Source: a virus. From it: a stretch of 64,000 bases of DNA. The stretch is taken from the IMG/VR virus record IMGVR_UViG_3300042901_002277. One strand, given 5' to 3'. Below, in pieces: positions 10,029-19,009 of this stretch. The notes beneath the pieces were generated by a model that was given only the letters and a program-made list of their open reading frames with translations, was not told the origin of the DNA and made no database searches. The position numbers and the translations under genes are program-made. How positions within the stretch are numbered: the stretch's first letter is position 1; the number at the start of each line of letters is the position of its first letter.

Positions 10029-11239
10029 CAACAAAAAAGCCAAAATCGAGCATTGCAAAACTAGCTGAAACACAGCGCAAAAACGACTCAAATTCAGCCC
10101 TTGCTGCACAGTTGGCTGATTTGATAATGAAGAACAATATTGACCTTGATGAAATTGGCAATATTCAGAAGGTGTCGATTAGGCACAATATTGGCGCTGA
10201 TAAGAACGGCGTTCCACAAGGCAAGACGACAACAAGCATTCAGTTGTCGCCAAAGTGGGATACTGGTCCAGAATGGCCTTTAATTACGCCAGCTCCAAGG
10301 CCTGCAAAGCAACAACAAAAGTCAAATACAAAACCGAAGTCGATGAAGGGGTGGGAAACTGCTGTAATCGTCCCTGATATACAGTTCGGTTTCTATAAGA
10401 CTGGAGTGGCTCATGATGCACCAATTGCCGCAATTCATGATGATGAGGCCATCTCTGTAGCGCTTCAAGTAATCAAGGATGTAAACCCAGACCAAGTTGT
10501 CATGGTTGGAGACAACCTAGATTTTGCTGAATTTGGCAAATATCTGACGGCCCCAACGTTCAAGCAGATGATTCAGCCAGCAATCGATAGGGCTGCTCAG
10601 TTCCTTGAAGACCTTCGCACCGTTGCTCCAAACGCCAAAATCACATGGATTCAGGGCAATCATGAGAAGCGTCTGCCGATGTATATACAGAACAATGCTG
10701 AAGCCGCTTTCGGAATCACCAGAGGCAAGACCAAGCAAACCTCGCTCCGAGACAACTGGCCAGTGCTATCACTTCCAGTTCTCCTATGGATGGATGACCT
10801 AGACATCCAATATCTATCAGGTTATCCAGAAGCCGCCTACTACCTAAACTCAAATCTACGCGTCGTTCACGGAGACAAAGTGGTTTCAAACGGAAGCACA
10901 ACCAATAAATACCTGAATACAAACTCAGTTTCAGTGATTTATGGTCATATCCATAGAAACGAAATGGCGTTTCAGACCAGAGAAACCGACCAAGGTCCAA
11001 GAACAATCATGGCGGCAAGCCCTGGATGCCTCTGTCGTATCGATGGCGCCGTACCATCAGTTAAATCAGGACTCGACGAGTTCGGCGTACCAATCCTCCA
11101 AGGTGCTGAAAATTGGCAGCAAGGTTTGGGTGTTGTCCAATACCAACCAAAAGGTGTTGGCGGAGAATACTTCAACTACGAGCCAATGTGGATTTTCAAG
11201 GGCAGAGGGGTATTCAGAGGCCAGGAATACGTTGCGTAA
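10025..11239 (+). CDS. Calcineurin-like metallophosphoesterase
   Basis: PDIQ, GDNLD, GNHE, HGD, GHIH motifs. Confidence 0.85.
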   Translation: MTTKKPKSSIAKLAETQRKNDSNSALAAQLADLIMKNNIDLDEIGNIQKVSIRHNIGADKNGVPQGKTTTSIQLSPKWDTGPEWPLITPAPRPAKQQQKSNTKPKSMKGWETAVIVPDIQFGFYKTGVAHDAPIAAIHDDEAISVALQVIKDVNPDQVVMVGDNLDFAEFGKYLTAPTFKQMIQPAIDRAAQFLEDLRTVAPNAKITWIQGNHEKRLPMYIQNNAEAAFGITRGKTKQTSLRDNWPVLSLPVLLWMDDLDIQYLSGYPEAAYYLNSNLRVVHGDKVVSNGSTTNKYLNTNSVSVIYGHIHRNEMAFQTRETDQGPRTIMAASPGCLCRIDGAVPSVKSGLDEFGVPILQGAENWQQGLGVVQYQPKGVGGEYFNYEPMWIFKGRGVFRGQEYVA

Positions 11240-11454
11240 TGGACGAGGAAGAACTTCAGCGCAAGATTATTATCGAAACACTTGAAGAGTGTGTCAAGCT
11301 CGGATTAGTCGAAGTTGTCGGTATTAACGAAGCCGGAGACTGGCTGTATGGTGCAACGGAAAAGGGCAAAGAGGTTCTAAACTCTGCCGAAGGCTACGCT
11401 GCCGCCTATGAAGCAATCCTTGCTATGAGAGAAGACTACGAAGAAGAGGAATAA
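11239..11454 (+). CDS. Small acidic hypothetical protein
   Basis: ATG overlaps the upstream TAA; MDEEELQ... Confidence 0.55.
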   Translation: MDEEELQRKIIIETLEECVKLGLVEVVGINEAGDWLYGATEKGKEVLNSAEGYAAAYEAILAMREDYEEEE

Positions 11455-11459
11455 CCGCC

Positions 11460-12083
11460 ATGACTACAATCATCGGGATACAGGGAGACGGTTTTGCATT
11501 CGCATGCGTTGACTCCCAGATTTCCGATGTTGACGACAATGGTTATGCCACGCAGATAGCAACCCTTAGAGAGTCTTCGTCAAAGTTGAGCTACAACGGC
11601 AGGTATTTGCTTGGAGCGGCAGGAGATGTAAGGGCAATAAATATCCTTCATCATGCCTTCAACCCCCCAATATGTCAACCGACTTTAAAGGGAAAGAAGC
11701 TAGACCAATTTGTTACAGTTAAATTTATCCCAGCCTTAAGAGAGTGCTTCGAGACTCACGGCTACAACTCGCCACAAAATGAGAATTCGGAGCATGTCGC
11801 AGAACATGGTTCGGTCATTTTCATGGCAATCAATGGCGTGATATATGTAATCGACGGAGACTACTCATGGATGTCAGATATGAATGGGGTGTATGCGATT
11901 GGGACTGGCGCGCAATATGCGCTAGGGGCGCTGCATGTCCTGATGCCAAAGACCAAGATGACTATGGCTGTCGCCAAGAAGATTGGAATCAAAGCCATAG
12001 CAACTGCCGCCAGGTTTGACCCATACACCGGCGCGCCGTATCACTCATTTACTACTGGTTCCGAGAAGAAGCCAAGACCTTAA
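11460..12083 (+). CDS. Proteasome-beta/HslV-like Ntn (threonine) hydrolase
   Basis: N-terminal M-T-T-I-I-G, DSQ, conserved K, GAAG, AIGTG..YALGAL, D.YTG. Confidence 0.8.
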   Translation: MTTIIGIQGDGFAFACVDSQISDVDDNGYATQIATLRESSSKLSYNGRYLLGAAGDVRAINILHHAFNPPICQPTLKGKKLDQFVTVKFIPALRECFETHGYNSPQNENSEHVAEHGSVIFMAINGVIYVIDGDYSWMSDMNGVYAIGTGAQYALGALHVLMPKTKMTMAVAKKIGIKAIATAARFDPYTGAPYHSFTTGSEKKPRP

Positions 12084-12486
12084 CACAGGCTTTACAACTC
12101 CTATTAGGGCGTCCATTAACCATACGGACCCTAGTGTTCTCTTCAGTGAACTCATGACCGCGTAGACAATGAGTCTTAAGCGCCGAAGGATTTTTCCCTT
12201 TTTCGACAGCCATTACGGCCATATCCCTCTCACTAACAGCCAGCAAGTGCTCAGGGTTGATACACCCACTGTTATGACAAGACCGATAGACCTTTAGACC
12301 ATCAGGGATATCACCGTTAAACATAAGGTAGGAAACCCTAGAGGCATGCATGGATACCCCTTGCCACATGAACTGGGGATACTCATTGATAATCTCACCG
12401 TTTAGTTTGGTGAAGTACCAACAACCATCTGTCTTTTTAATTCGTTTTTTAAACACTGTATGGATAGATTTATCCGAAGTTTTCAC
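12052..12486 (-). CDS. HNH endonuclease with C-terminal Cys/His domain
   Basis: CWYF...ASRVSY...SCHNSGCINPEHL; THCLRGHEFTEENT...CKAC. Confidence 0.8.
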   Translation of the reverse strand: MKTSDKSIHTVFKKRIKKTDGCWYFTKLNGEIINEYPQFMWQGVSMHASRVSYLMFNGDIPDGLKVYRSCHNSGCINPEHLLAVSERDMAVMAVEKGKNPSALKTHCLRGHEFTEENTRVRMVNGRPNRSCKACVKVLASSRNQ

Positions 12487-12489
12487 CGA

Positions 12490-12756
12490 CTAGCTCCGGC
12501 TCCTCATAATTTCTGCTCTTGTCATAGCGTCTCCGAATACGCCACTACTCATAGCTGTCCTCATGCGGCTTCCACTAGGACGCTCATAAGTACTGCTTGC
12601 TGCAGAGCGAGCGCCAATATCTCCAGGCTTACATGTCAAGCATTGCTTGTACTTTCGACCACTTCCTTTATTCAGAATGCGAACATTGTCATCTGAAAGC
12701 TCGTGCCCCAACTTGCAGTGAGTTCGTTCGGCTCGCTCTTTGACCTGTCGTCCCAT
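12490..12756 (-). CDS. Stand-alone HNH-associated Cys/His domain protein
   Basis: THCKLGHELSDDNV...CLTC resembles the C-terminus of the adjacent HNH; SD GAAGGAAGGA before MGRQVK. Confidence 0.55.
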   Translation of the reverse strand: MGRQVKERAERTHCKLGHELSDDNVRILNKGSGRKYKQCLTCKPGDIGARSAASSTYERPSGSRMRTAMSSGVFGDAMTRAEIMRSRS

Positions 12757-12972
12757 GTGATTTCCTTCCTTCGTAGGTACGCACAGACTACACAAAGGAG
12801 AGGAACGAAGCAACAATCAGAGGAAACAAACGCCGCTTAATTTGCTGCCACGGGATTAGCAAATGCTAAGTAGTCCACTATACCTAGAGAGGAATAATAG
12901 ATGTGCTTATATAGGGAGACGTAATTAATGAGAACTCAATAAAGGGTTCTTAAGAAAGATTGCCCAATTATA

Positions 12973-13305
12973 ATGCCCAAACAAAAAAAGGTAAATAAAA
13001 GTGCCCAACCTCAACCAATGCCGTATATCCAAAGATTCGACTGGTTTGAACTAGCAGCCTGTAAAAAAAAGACCGAACTAATGTTTCCCAAAGAACATAA
13101 GGACATTACTTACATTGCACAGGCTAGGGCTATATGCAAGAGCTGCCCTGTGAAGGCTCCGTGTCTAGAGTACGCACTAGAGTTTCCACCGGCAGATATG
13201 CATGGTGTATGGGCTGGATTAACCTCAAGGCAGTTAGCAGCAGAGCAAAGACGCAGGGGAGTAAAGCCAACAAGGCCGACCCTTGCACAGATGTGGGGAA
13301 GCTAA
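12973..13305 (+). CDS. whiB: WhiB-family Fe-S transcription factor
   Basis: C..C-x2-C-x5-C and GVWAG motif. Confidence 0.9.
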   Translation: MPKQKKVNKSAQPQPMPYIQRFDWFELAACKKKTELMFPKEHKDITYIAQARAICKSCPVKAPCLEYALEFPPADMHGVWAGLTSRQLAAEQRRRGVKPTRPTLAQMWGS

Positions 13306-13407
13306 TGGAAGCAACCATATGCTCCTGTATTAAGAAGAAGATTCTCCCAACACAGCCTGTATGCGGAGAGAAGTTAGACGACTTCGAAGACTAACGAATC
13401 GCTTCGC

Positions 13408-13752
13408 TCAGCCAACTCTTAAATTACAGGTCTTACAGAACTCCATACCTGATATTTCAGTAAGGTCCTGAACGCATTCCTTTTGACCACAAGGCTGGAG
13501 AAGTCTTTCACCAGTGATGTACGAACGGATTACATCGTCAGCAGTGACTTTAGAGTATTGAGAAGGACCAGGCTCAGGGATATTCTTTTCGTTCCGTATG
13601 AACATAAGGGCCGCATAGGTAATCAGTTGATTGACTGAAACCCCTATTTCATCGGCATAGCGAACAATCTCATTCTTTTGAGCACCCGTAACAGAGAGGG
13701 CAATGCCGTACTTGCGGTTAGGGAACTTGGCTAGTTCTCGCTTACGAACCAT
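13408..13752 (-). CDS. Ribbon-helix-helix-like protein with C-terminal Zn ribbon
   Basis: IALSVT..QKNEIVRYADEIGVSVNQLI; CGQKEC..CKTC. Confidence 0.55.
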   Translation of the reverse strand: MVRKRELAKFPNRKYGIALSVTGAQKNEIVRYADEIGVSVNQLITYAALMFIRNEKNIPEPGPSQYSKVTADDVIRSYITGERLLQPCGQKECVQDLTEISGMEFCKTCNLRVG

Positions 13753-14246
13753 CCCGAATAACCAAAGCCTTTATATAGTCTGTAAGGGTAAGGTCGACGG
13801 CTTCAGCTTGGGCAATAAGGCGTTCTTTAAATGCCCTATCCACTTTGATGGTTACAGTCGTATTCTCTTTGACTGGGTGGACAACTGGACGCCCCTGATT
13901 CCGTTTCATAGCCAGATGTTAGCGGATAACTAGGTTATGGATGAGCAGGGCTATATAGGTAACAGAAAGAGCACGAATCCAGAAGGAGGCACGGGAATAC
14001 GAGATGACGAAAATAGCCGCCAGCCCTATAAGGAAGAAGGTGTATTGGATGATTGACATAGGTGACCTTTCAGACTGCGAGGGTAACTAGGAGACGAATT
14101 GCCCACCAGCATAGCCAGAGGTAGACGGAAATACCGGCAATCCAGAGAAAGGAAACGTATGTCCACTTCCAAAAGACTGAAAAAGAGGCAAAAAACTTGC
14201 GCGCGTGCGGGTTTTTCGTTTCAAAATTTTTTTTGTCAGTGCTCAA

Positions 14247-14723
14247 CTACAAATCCTCCTTTTGTATTGCGTACTTGTCTTGCTCTAGCTTCTGGACCAC
14301 CTGCTCATACGTCCGTACGAAGACCTCTCTATCGCCATTGGTGTGCATGTCGTACGAAACTTCCCCTAATTTATTTAGCGTAATTTTTAGGGCCTCATCG
14401 AAAGGGGGTCTTTCTGTTTGGGCACCGGAATGTACCTCTTTTAATATCCCCTGAAAAATACCCCAAGCAGAATAGGCATCTAAAAATGGGGGTATTTTAT
14501 TACGGGTATCTATTGCGGTGCGTCGTACGTCCCCAGGCCTGGGCATGAACTTGGCGTGTGTCGCTAGCTGGATGAAGGCCGACTTGACTTCCTCGTACTC
14601 TAAGTCGCGCAGTAACTCATGCCATGCGCTAAAGGTTGCCTTCTCATCTACTTTCAGTAGCTGTTGGTTGTAGGTGGCGTATGCCTGCCTGACTATCTCG
14701 ACTGTCTGCTCTTTGGTAATCAG
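14247..14723 (-). CDS. Replicative helicase loader/inhibitor-like protein (SPP1 G39P-like N-terminus), non-canonical start
   Basis: Frame is open 59 codons upstream of the listed ATG: (L)ITKEQTVEIVRQAYATY...AWHELLRDLEYEEVKSAF...KFMPRPGD; CTG overlaps the upstream TGA; GAGGA upstream. Confidence 0.55.
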   Translation of the reverse strand: MITKEQTVEIVRQAYATYNQQLLKVDEKATFSAWHELLRDLEYEEVKSAFIQLATHAKFMPRPGDVRRTAIDTRNKIPPFLDAYSAWGIFQGILKEVHSGAQTERPPFDEALKITLNKLGEVSYDMHTNGDREVFVRTYEQVVQKLEQDKYAIQKEDL

Positions 14724-15133
14724 AATGGTTCCTCGTTTGTGGTGTCGTCTGATACTAGGGCAAGGAAGCGCTCAATGTGCTCTGAGTCTCGCAGGATGAG
14801 TTCTATATCGTTGTACACACGGTTGTTCTTGTTACGGCCCATGTGGAAGTCTGAGCGAGAGCAGCCGACTATAGCGTCCCTACAGGCGTCTAGTCCATAG
14901 TCGTGTATTGCAGCTCCTATAGCTTGTCTGCGCTTCTCATCTAGTACTACGCGCTTCTTATTGAACGTCAGCACCCAGAAGTCGAATACTTCTTTTATTT
15001 GGTTCTGGTCTACAAGTAAGGACTTCTTGTTCTTACTTATTGTTGCAGCACGGGGGCGTTTTTGAGGTCCCCTTTTCTTAGCTGGTTGGGTCATTTCAAA
15101 AAGCCTTTCCACCACCGTAATATTTGAAGACAT
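14720..15133 (-). CDS. Protein resembling the C-terminal domain of phage replication initiators
   Basis: VFDFW...RRQAIGAAIHDYGLDACRDAI..C..SDFHMG.N......DIELILR; SD AAGGGGGAG before MSSNIT. Confidence 0.55.
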   Translation of the reverse strand: MSSNITVVERLFEMTQPAKKRGPQKRPRAATISKNKKSLLVDQNQIKEVFDFWVLTFNKKRVVLDEKRRQAIGAAIHDYGLDACRDAIVGCSRSDFHMGRNKNNRVYNDIELILRDSEHIERFLALVSDDTTNEEPF

Positions 15134-15589
15134 AGTTCTCCCCCTTAAAGATTGAATGTTACAAGTTGTATAGGTGAATCTATAGGCTACGGAGAAACAT
15201 TTTTTCGTGGAAGAATGTTGCGACTCATACTGACTGTGAGTTGTTGATTTGTTCCACGAAACAAACTGAATTGGAACAGAAAAGCTAAGTGTCCCACTTT
15301 GGAAGGGGTACGGGGAAACCTTTTGTTTCCGCAGACCCACCAAATACGCCACAATGTAAGCCCTCTGAAAATTTCAGAAAGTTAATCTAGGTGATTCAGT
15401 TGTAGGCCTACGTATTTCACTGGGAGCTACCCAGCGGCATTTAAGTTAGCAGAGTCTTCCACCACCGTCAACCTCAAAACGAAGATTTTTCAGATTTTTT
15501 TTTCGGCCATCTGGTTTGATTTATCCAGAGCCATCTCGTGACCTGCGCACGGTTCCGCTGCGGGGCTTTAACCTATGATATATTTTACC

Positions 15590-15698
15590 CTCGATGCCGG
15601 AGGGTCCCCCCTTTCTCCTTCTGGTGTCACTCGACCCCGGGGTTGAGATAAAGCGGGTTAGTAGGTGGCGCGCTTGGTCTCCTCCGGGGTCACTTTTT
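15590..15698 (+). ncRNA. Candidate small RNA: hairpin with C-rich anti-SD loop, then a long hairpin and U-tract
   Basis: TATGAT -10 at 15574; GATGCCGGAGGG-TCCCCCCTTTCT-CCTTCTGGTGTC; GACCCCGG...CCGGGGTC-ACTTTTT; intergenic. Confidence 0.5.
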
Positions 15699-15731
15699 CC
15701 CGGCCTTTCCACCACCGTCATGTAAAAGAAG

Positions 15732-16259
15732 TTATTTTTTCTTTTTCTTCTTCGGTGTCTGGGGTTTTTCTTCGTTGAAGTCGTCGTCTTCAAACTCATA
15801 TTCCTCTGATGAAATCATCCGTATGTGCTCCATGGCTAACCGGCTGCTCTGCGTGTCAGCTACCTGTTTCCAAAGTTTTCTGGATGGCTTCTTGCTTGAT
15901 ATTTGCACTAGCGCGTACATGCTGGTTTCGAATTCCAGGAGGTCAGCATCTGATTGACTTACGTCCCAGGACGAATACTCATTGAAAACACCTGAAACCA
16001 ATAGCGCGTCTAAAGGAATAGCTGCTGCAGTCATGTTCTGGAACAGCACATAAGGCTGAACTGATTTTGCATCTTCGTCATGCGCGCCGACGATACCCCA
16101 GCCAATAATTTGAAATTTGCGTCTGCAGCTCCTGGGAAAAGTGATTTTTAATTTGCCTTTTCTATCGTCCAGTGCTCCGCCCACGTAGAGAAGATAGGCA
16201 AAAAGCGGAGTTAATTGTGGGGTGAGCTGGAGCTCAGAAGATTCGAAATGGGAAGCCAT
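15732..16259 (-). CDS. Hypothetical protein with acidic/basic tail
   Basis: SD AAAGGGA before MASHF. Confidence 0.6.
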   Translation of the reverse strand: MASHFESSELQLTPQLTPLFAYLLYVGGALDDRKGKLKITFPRSCRRKFQIIGWGIVGAHDEDAKSVQPYVLFQNMTAAAIPLDALLVSGVFNEYSSWDVSQSDADLLEFETSMYALVQISSKKPSRKLWKQVADTQSSRLAMEHIRMISSEEYEFEDDDFNEEKPQTPKKKKKK

Positions 16260-16354
16260 AGTAAATTTTCCTTTTTTAGTGTTTTCCCCTCGAGACCAGA
16301 ACGTTCCGTGAATCTGAGCTCGAGGGAAATCTGTGAATTTTTTAACTTTTTTGA

Positions 16355-16990
16355 CTATTCTGCGGCCGGCGCCAGGGGAAGTAAAAACCAATTTCTTTCC
16401 CACATGATGCCGATTGACGCGTAACCGATGACGTCGATGAAGTTATCCACCACCGATTCGTTTTCTGGAGCCCTGCCATCCTGCAGCAGGTTCTCGAGGC
16501 GCGCGACCTTGTCATGCATTCTCACGAGTAGACCGGCGCGACCGAATCGAGCAATGTTATGGTGCCCATAGTCGCGCTGCTTCTTAACAAGAATCTTTGA
16601 TATATCATCAACGTGATATGCAAGCTGCTCATCTATTTCGATAAAGACATTTTTTTTCTCAGCAACAACAGCTGAAGTTCTTCCCAAGATGGCCCAGTAC
16701 TCTGCCGCCACTTTTCCTGGAATTTCTTTCTTCGACTCTGGTCCCATCTCGTCGATTAAATAATCGAGATATTCTCTGACGTCTGACATCCGGTCCCACG
16801 TGTTGAAAGAATGATTAAAAATCTGAAAAACTGCACGGCGTGCTGCGTCGTCCCAGGTAGTGGGAGCTTTGCGCCCGTAGACCCAGTCGACCATTTTGAC
16901 GAGGTCAAGCTGACCATCGGTCATGGTTTCCACCACCGTCGAATTAATAGGGACGTCAAACTTTGTTTGTTGCATTACAGGTCCTTCCAT
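16355..16990 (-). CDS. Nucleotide-modification-associated domain protein (DUF1599/MazG-like fold)
   Basis: KKQRDYG..NI...GLLVRMHDKVARL.NL...ESVVDNFIDVIGYA. Confidence 0.75.
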   Translation of the reverse strand: MEGPVMQQTKFDVPINSTVVETMTDGQLDLVKMVDWVYGRKAPTTWDDAARRAVFQIFNHSFNTWDRMSDVREYLDYLIDEMGPESKKEIPGKVAAEYWAILGRTSAVVAEKKNVFIEIDEQLAYHVDDISKILVKKQRDYGHHNIARFGRAGLLVRMHDKVARLENLLQDGRAPENESVVDNFIDVIGYASIGIMWERNWFLLPLAPAAE

Positions 16991-17403
16991 GTGGGTGGGT
17001 TCGACTCACACTCTAGCGTAATTTTGTCATTTAGCAACTCCAGGAATTCAACCCATGCTTCATCTTGGAGCCCCGGTGTTAGTTGTTCGATGTAATCGAT
17101 TTGGTCTTGAATGTATTCCTTGGAGAAAGCGGCCAGGATTACATTTGGATTCGAGCACGGAAATAGTACCGGTCCATTCACATTGCCGATTGACGACTCT
17201 GGCACGTGGATTGCTTTTATTGCGTAGGCACCATCAGTAGACACAAATATAACGTTGTGTTCTTTCTGTTCAGTTTCTTCGAGTTCCTCGAGCATTGCTG
17301 CGGCGACGTCATCATTTATTCCTGAGGCTGCCAAGGCTGCAGTTAACTCTTCTTTTCGCTCGAATGGGACTGAAGCTTCAAAGTCATCAAATGGATTTTT
17401 CAA
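16975..17403 (-). CDS. Hypothetical acidic protein
   Basis: ORF with SD GGAGG, coupled to the downstream gene. Confidence 0.6.
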   Translation of the reverse strand: MKNPFDDFEASVPFERKEELTAALAASGINDDVAAAMLEELEETEQKEHNVIFVSTDGAYAIKAIHVPESSIGNVNGPVLFPCSNPNVILAAFSKEYIQDQIDYIEQLTPGLQDEAWVEFLELLNDKITLECESNPPTWKDL

Positions 17404-17527
17404 TTACACCTCCATGGGCTGAGCTCATTGTACTCGCGCGCATCCCAGATGTTAAGTTTTGTTGTAATAAATAATTAAATGTCAACTGTTTCCGTGAGGC
17501 AGCGGATGCCGTACTAATCTCTGCTTT

Positions 17528-17899
17528 ATGGATAACACGACAAGATTCAATACCTATGTTAAAGCCCTTTCTCAGTTCGCCGCGCGCGAAGGACATTGCA
17601 ATGTTCCAGCCATCCATACTGAAATTGTTGAAAATAATGATGTCACACTGGGAGCTTGGGTTGGCTATGTTCGCCAGAGACGAAGAAAAAATCAACTTTC
17701 TGAAGAGCGCGCGACTGCCATCCAGGCTGTTTCCGGCTGGCAATGGGGTCCACTGAAGCCTGGTCCTGCTACAGATGCTGATAGAAATTATGAAATTTTG
17801 CAGATGCGCGCAGCCGGTTCTTCGCTCCGCCAAATTGCAGATAAATTTGATTTGAGTCGGCAGCGCGTCCATCAAATTGTTAAAAATATTCAGGTGTAA
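17528..17899 (+). CDS. Helicase-associated (HA) domain plus sigma70-r4-like HTH protein
   Basis: REGHCNVP...LGAWVGYVR...LSEER..AI; GSSLRQIADKFDLSRQRVHQIV; TAATCT 7 nt before ATG (leaderless). Confidence 0.75.
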   Translation: MDNTTRFNTYVKALSQFAAREGHCNVPAIHTEIVENNDVTLGAWVGYVRQRRRKNQLSEERATAIQAVSGWQWGPLKPGPATDADRNYEILQMRAAGSSLRQIADKFDLSRQRVHQIVKNIQV

Positions 17900-18089
17900 A
17901 CCAGACACCGGGTCGATAGAAAAATTGTCAAAAAAACGATTTTTTTCACCATCGGCGGCCGGCCCAGTCTTCTGAGAAAAGTTATTTTTTTGCGCATCTG
18001 AGCTGCACGTGAAGTGTTCAAAAAAACTGGAAATCTGATATCGCCCAGAACGTGCACACGAGTCAGCCGTCTGGGTATGATTAGAAATC

Positions 18090-18392
18090 ATGAAAAAGAA
18101 ATCCTTTCCACCACCGTCATATAACGAACGACACGGGTACGACCTGTACGACGACACGGAAGACGATGACGACGAATCAAAAAAGAACATTGCTGGCGCG
18201 CTCGCCGTTGGGCTCATTGGGCACGCAGCGACAATACTTTTGTACTCTGTCATCATCAATGGATTGCTTTCAATTGGTCGGGAGTCCCGGGTTTTTGATT
18301 GGCAAATTTCGTTTCGCAATTTAGTGACTGCAGTATTTCTAGTGCAGGCGCTGCGAATTTGGGACAGGGCTATTCGCTCTCGTCAACAATAG
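18090..18392 (+). CDS. Membrane protein
   Basis: Acidic N-terminus, two hydrophobic segments. Confidence 0.5.
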   Translation: MKKKSFPPPSYNERHGYDLYDDTEDDDDESKKNIAGALAVGLIGHAATILLYSVIINGLLSIGRESRVFDWQISFRNLVTAVFLVQALRIWDRAIRSRQQ

Positions 18393-18687
18393 TTAAACGA
18401 GGCTGTCTGAACCCACTGGTTGGGTGATTGGCTCTGGACATCTCTATGGAGTGAACCATCTCTGTGAGGCTCACCCAAATGCCGTCCAGCGGTAAAGAGA
18501 ATTTAATTCTTTCTTCCTCTGTAAAGCGCGTTGCGTGGCTGAGTCTCGTCCAACCAAGTTCGTTATTCCAGTACATGTCAGGAGCGTCATCATCGTGCTC
18601 GCTGACACTAAGAATTACGAATTCAAGAGGCTTGTCAATCGCCTTGTTCTGAATGAGGGTAAATTTATTCTGCACTGAAAACTCCAT
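18370..18687 (-). CDS. Hypothetical protein
   Basis: YWNNELGW..L..AT.FT motif; coupled to the upstream ORF. Confidence 0.55.
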   Translation of the reverse strand: MEFSVQNKFTLIQNKAIDKPLEFVILSVSEHDDDAPDMYWNNELGWTRLSHATRFTEEERIKFSLPLDGIWVSLTEMVHSIEMSRANHPTSGFRQPRLTIVDESE

Positions 18688-18853
18688 CGCAGTAGTCCTG
18701 TACTAGTTCTGCAAGTAGACCATCAACAAAGTTTTCTACTCTTCCTTCAATCTCACTACCGATGTTCTTCCATTCTTCATCGGTGAGTGGGCCCTCAATC
18801 CAGTGTTCAACATCTTCTCTAGTAACTGGTTCAAACTTTACTTCTTTTTCCAT
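18665..18853 (-). CDS. Small acidic hypothetical protein
   Basis: CAACTACTAACAAGGAG leader. Confidence 0.55.
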   Translation of the reverse strand: MEKEVKFEPVTREDVEHWIEGPLTDEEWKNIGSEIEGRVENFVDGLLAELVQDYCDGVFSAE

Positions 18854-19009
18854 GACTGCTCCTTGTTAGTAGTTGTTAGTAATTCTATATCGAATTTAGT
18901 GAATCCCCCCAGCGTTGAAAGGAGGGTAAGGACGCTGAAGGGATTACACCTGCGCCGATTAAAGCGCATGTCGTGAGGCAAGCCGACACCTGCCCCACGA
19001 CACTCCTCG

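Noticed and set aside
15250-15263. Second parS-like sequence TGTTCCACGAAACA
   Set aside because: Two central bases are missing, so the palindrome spacing is broken
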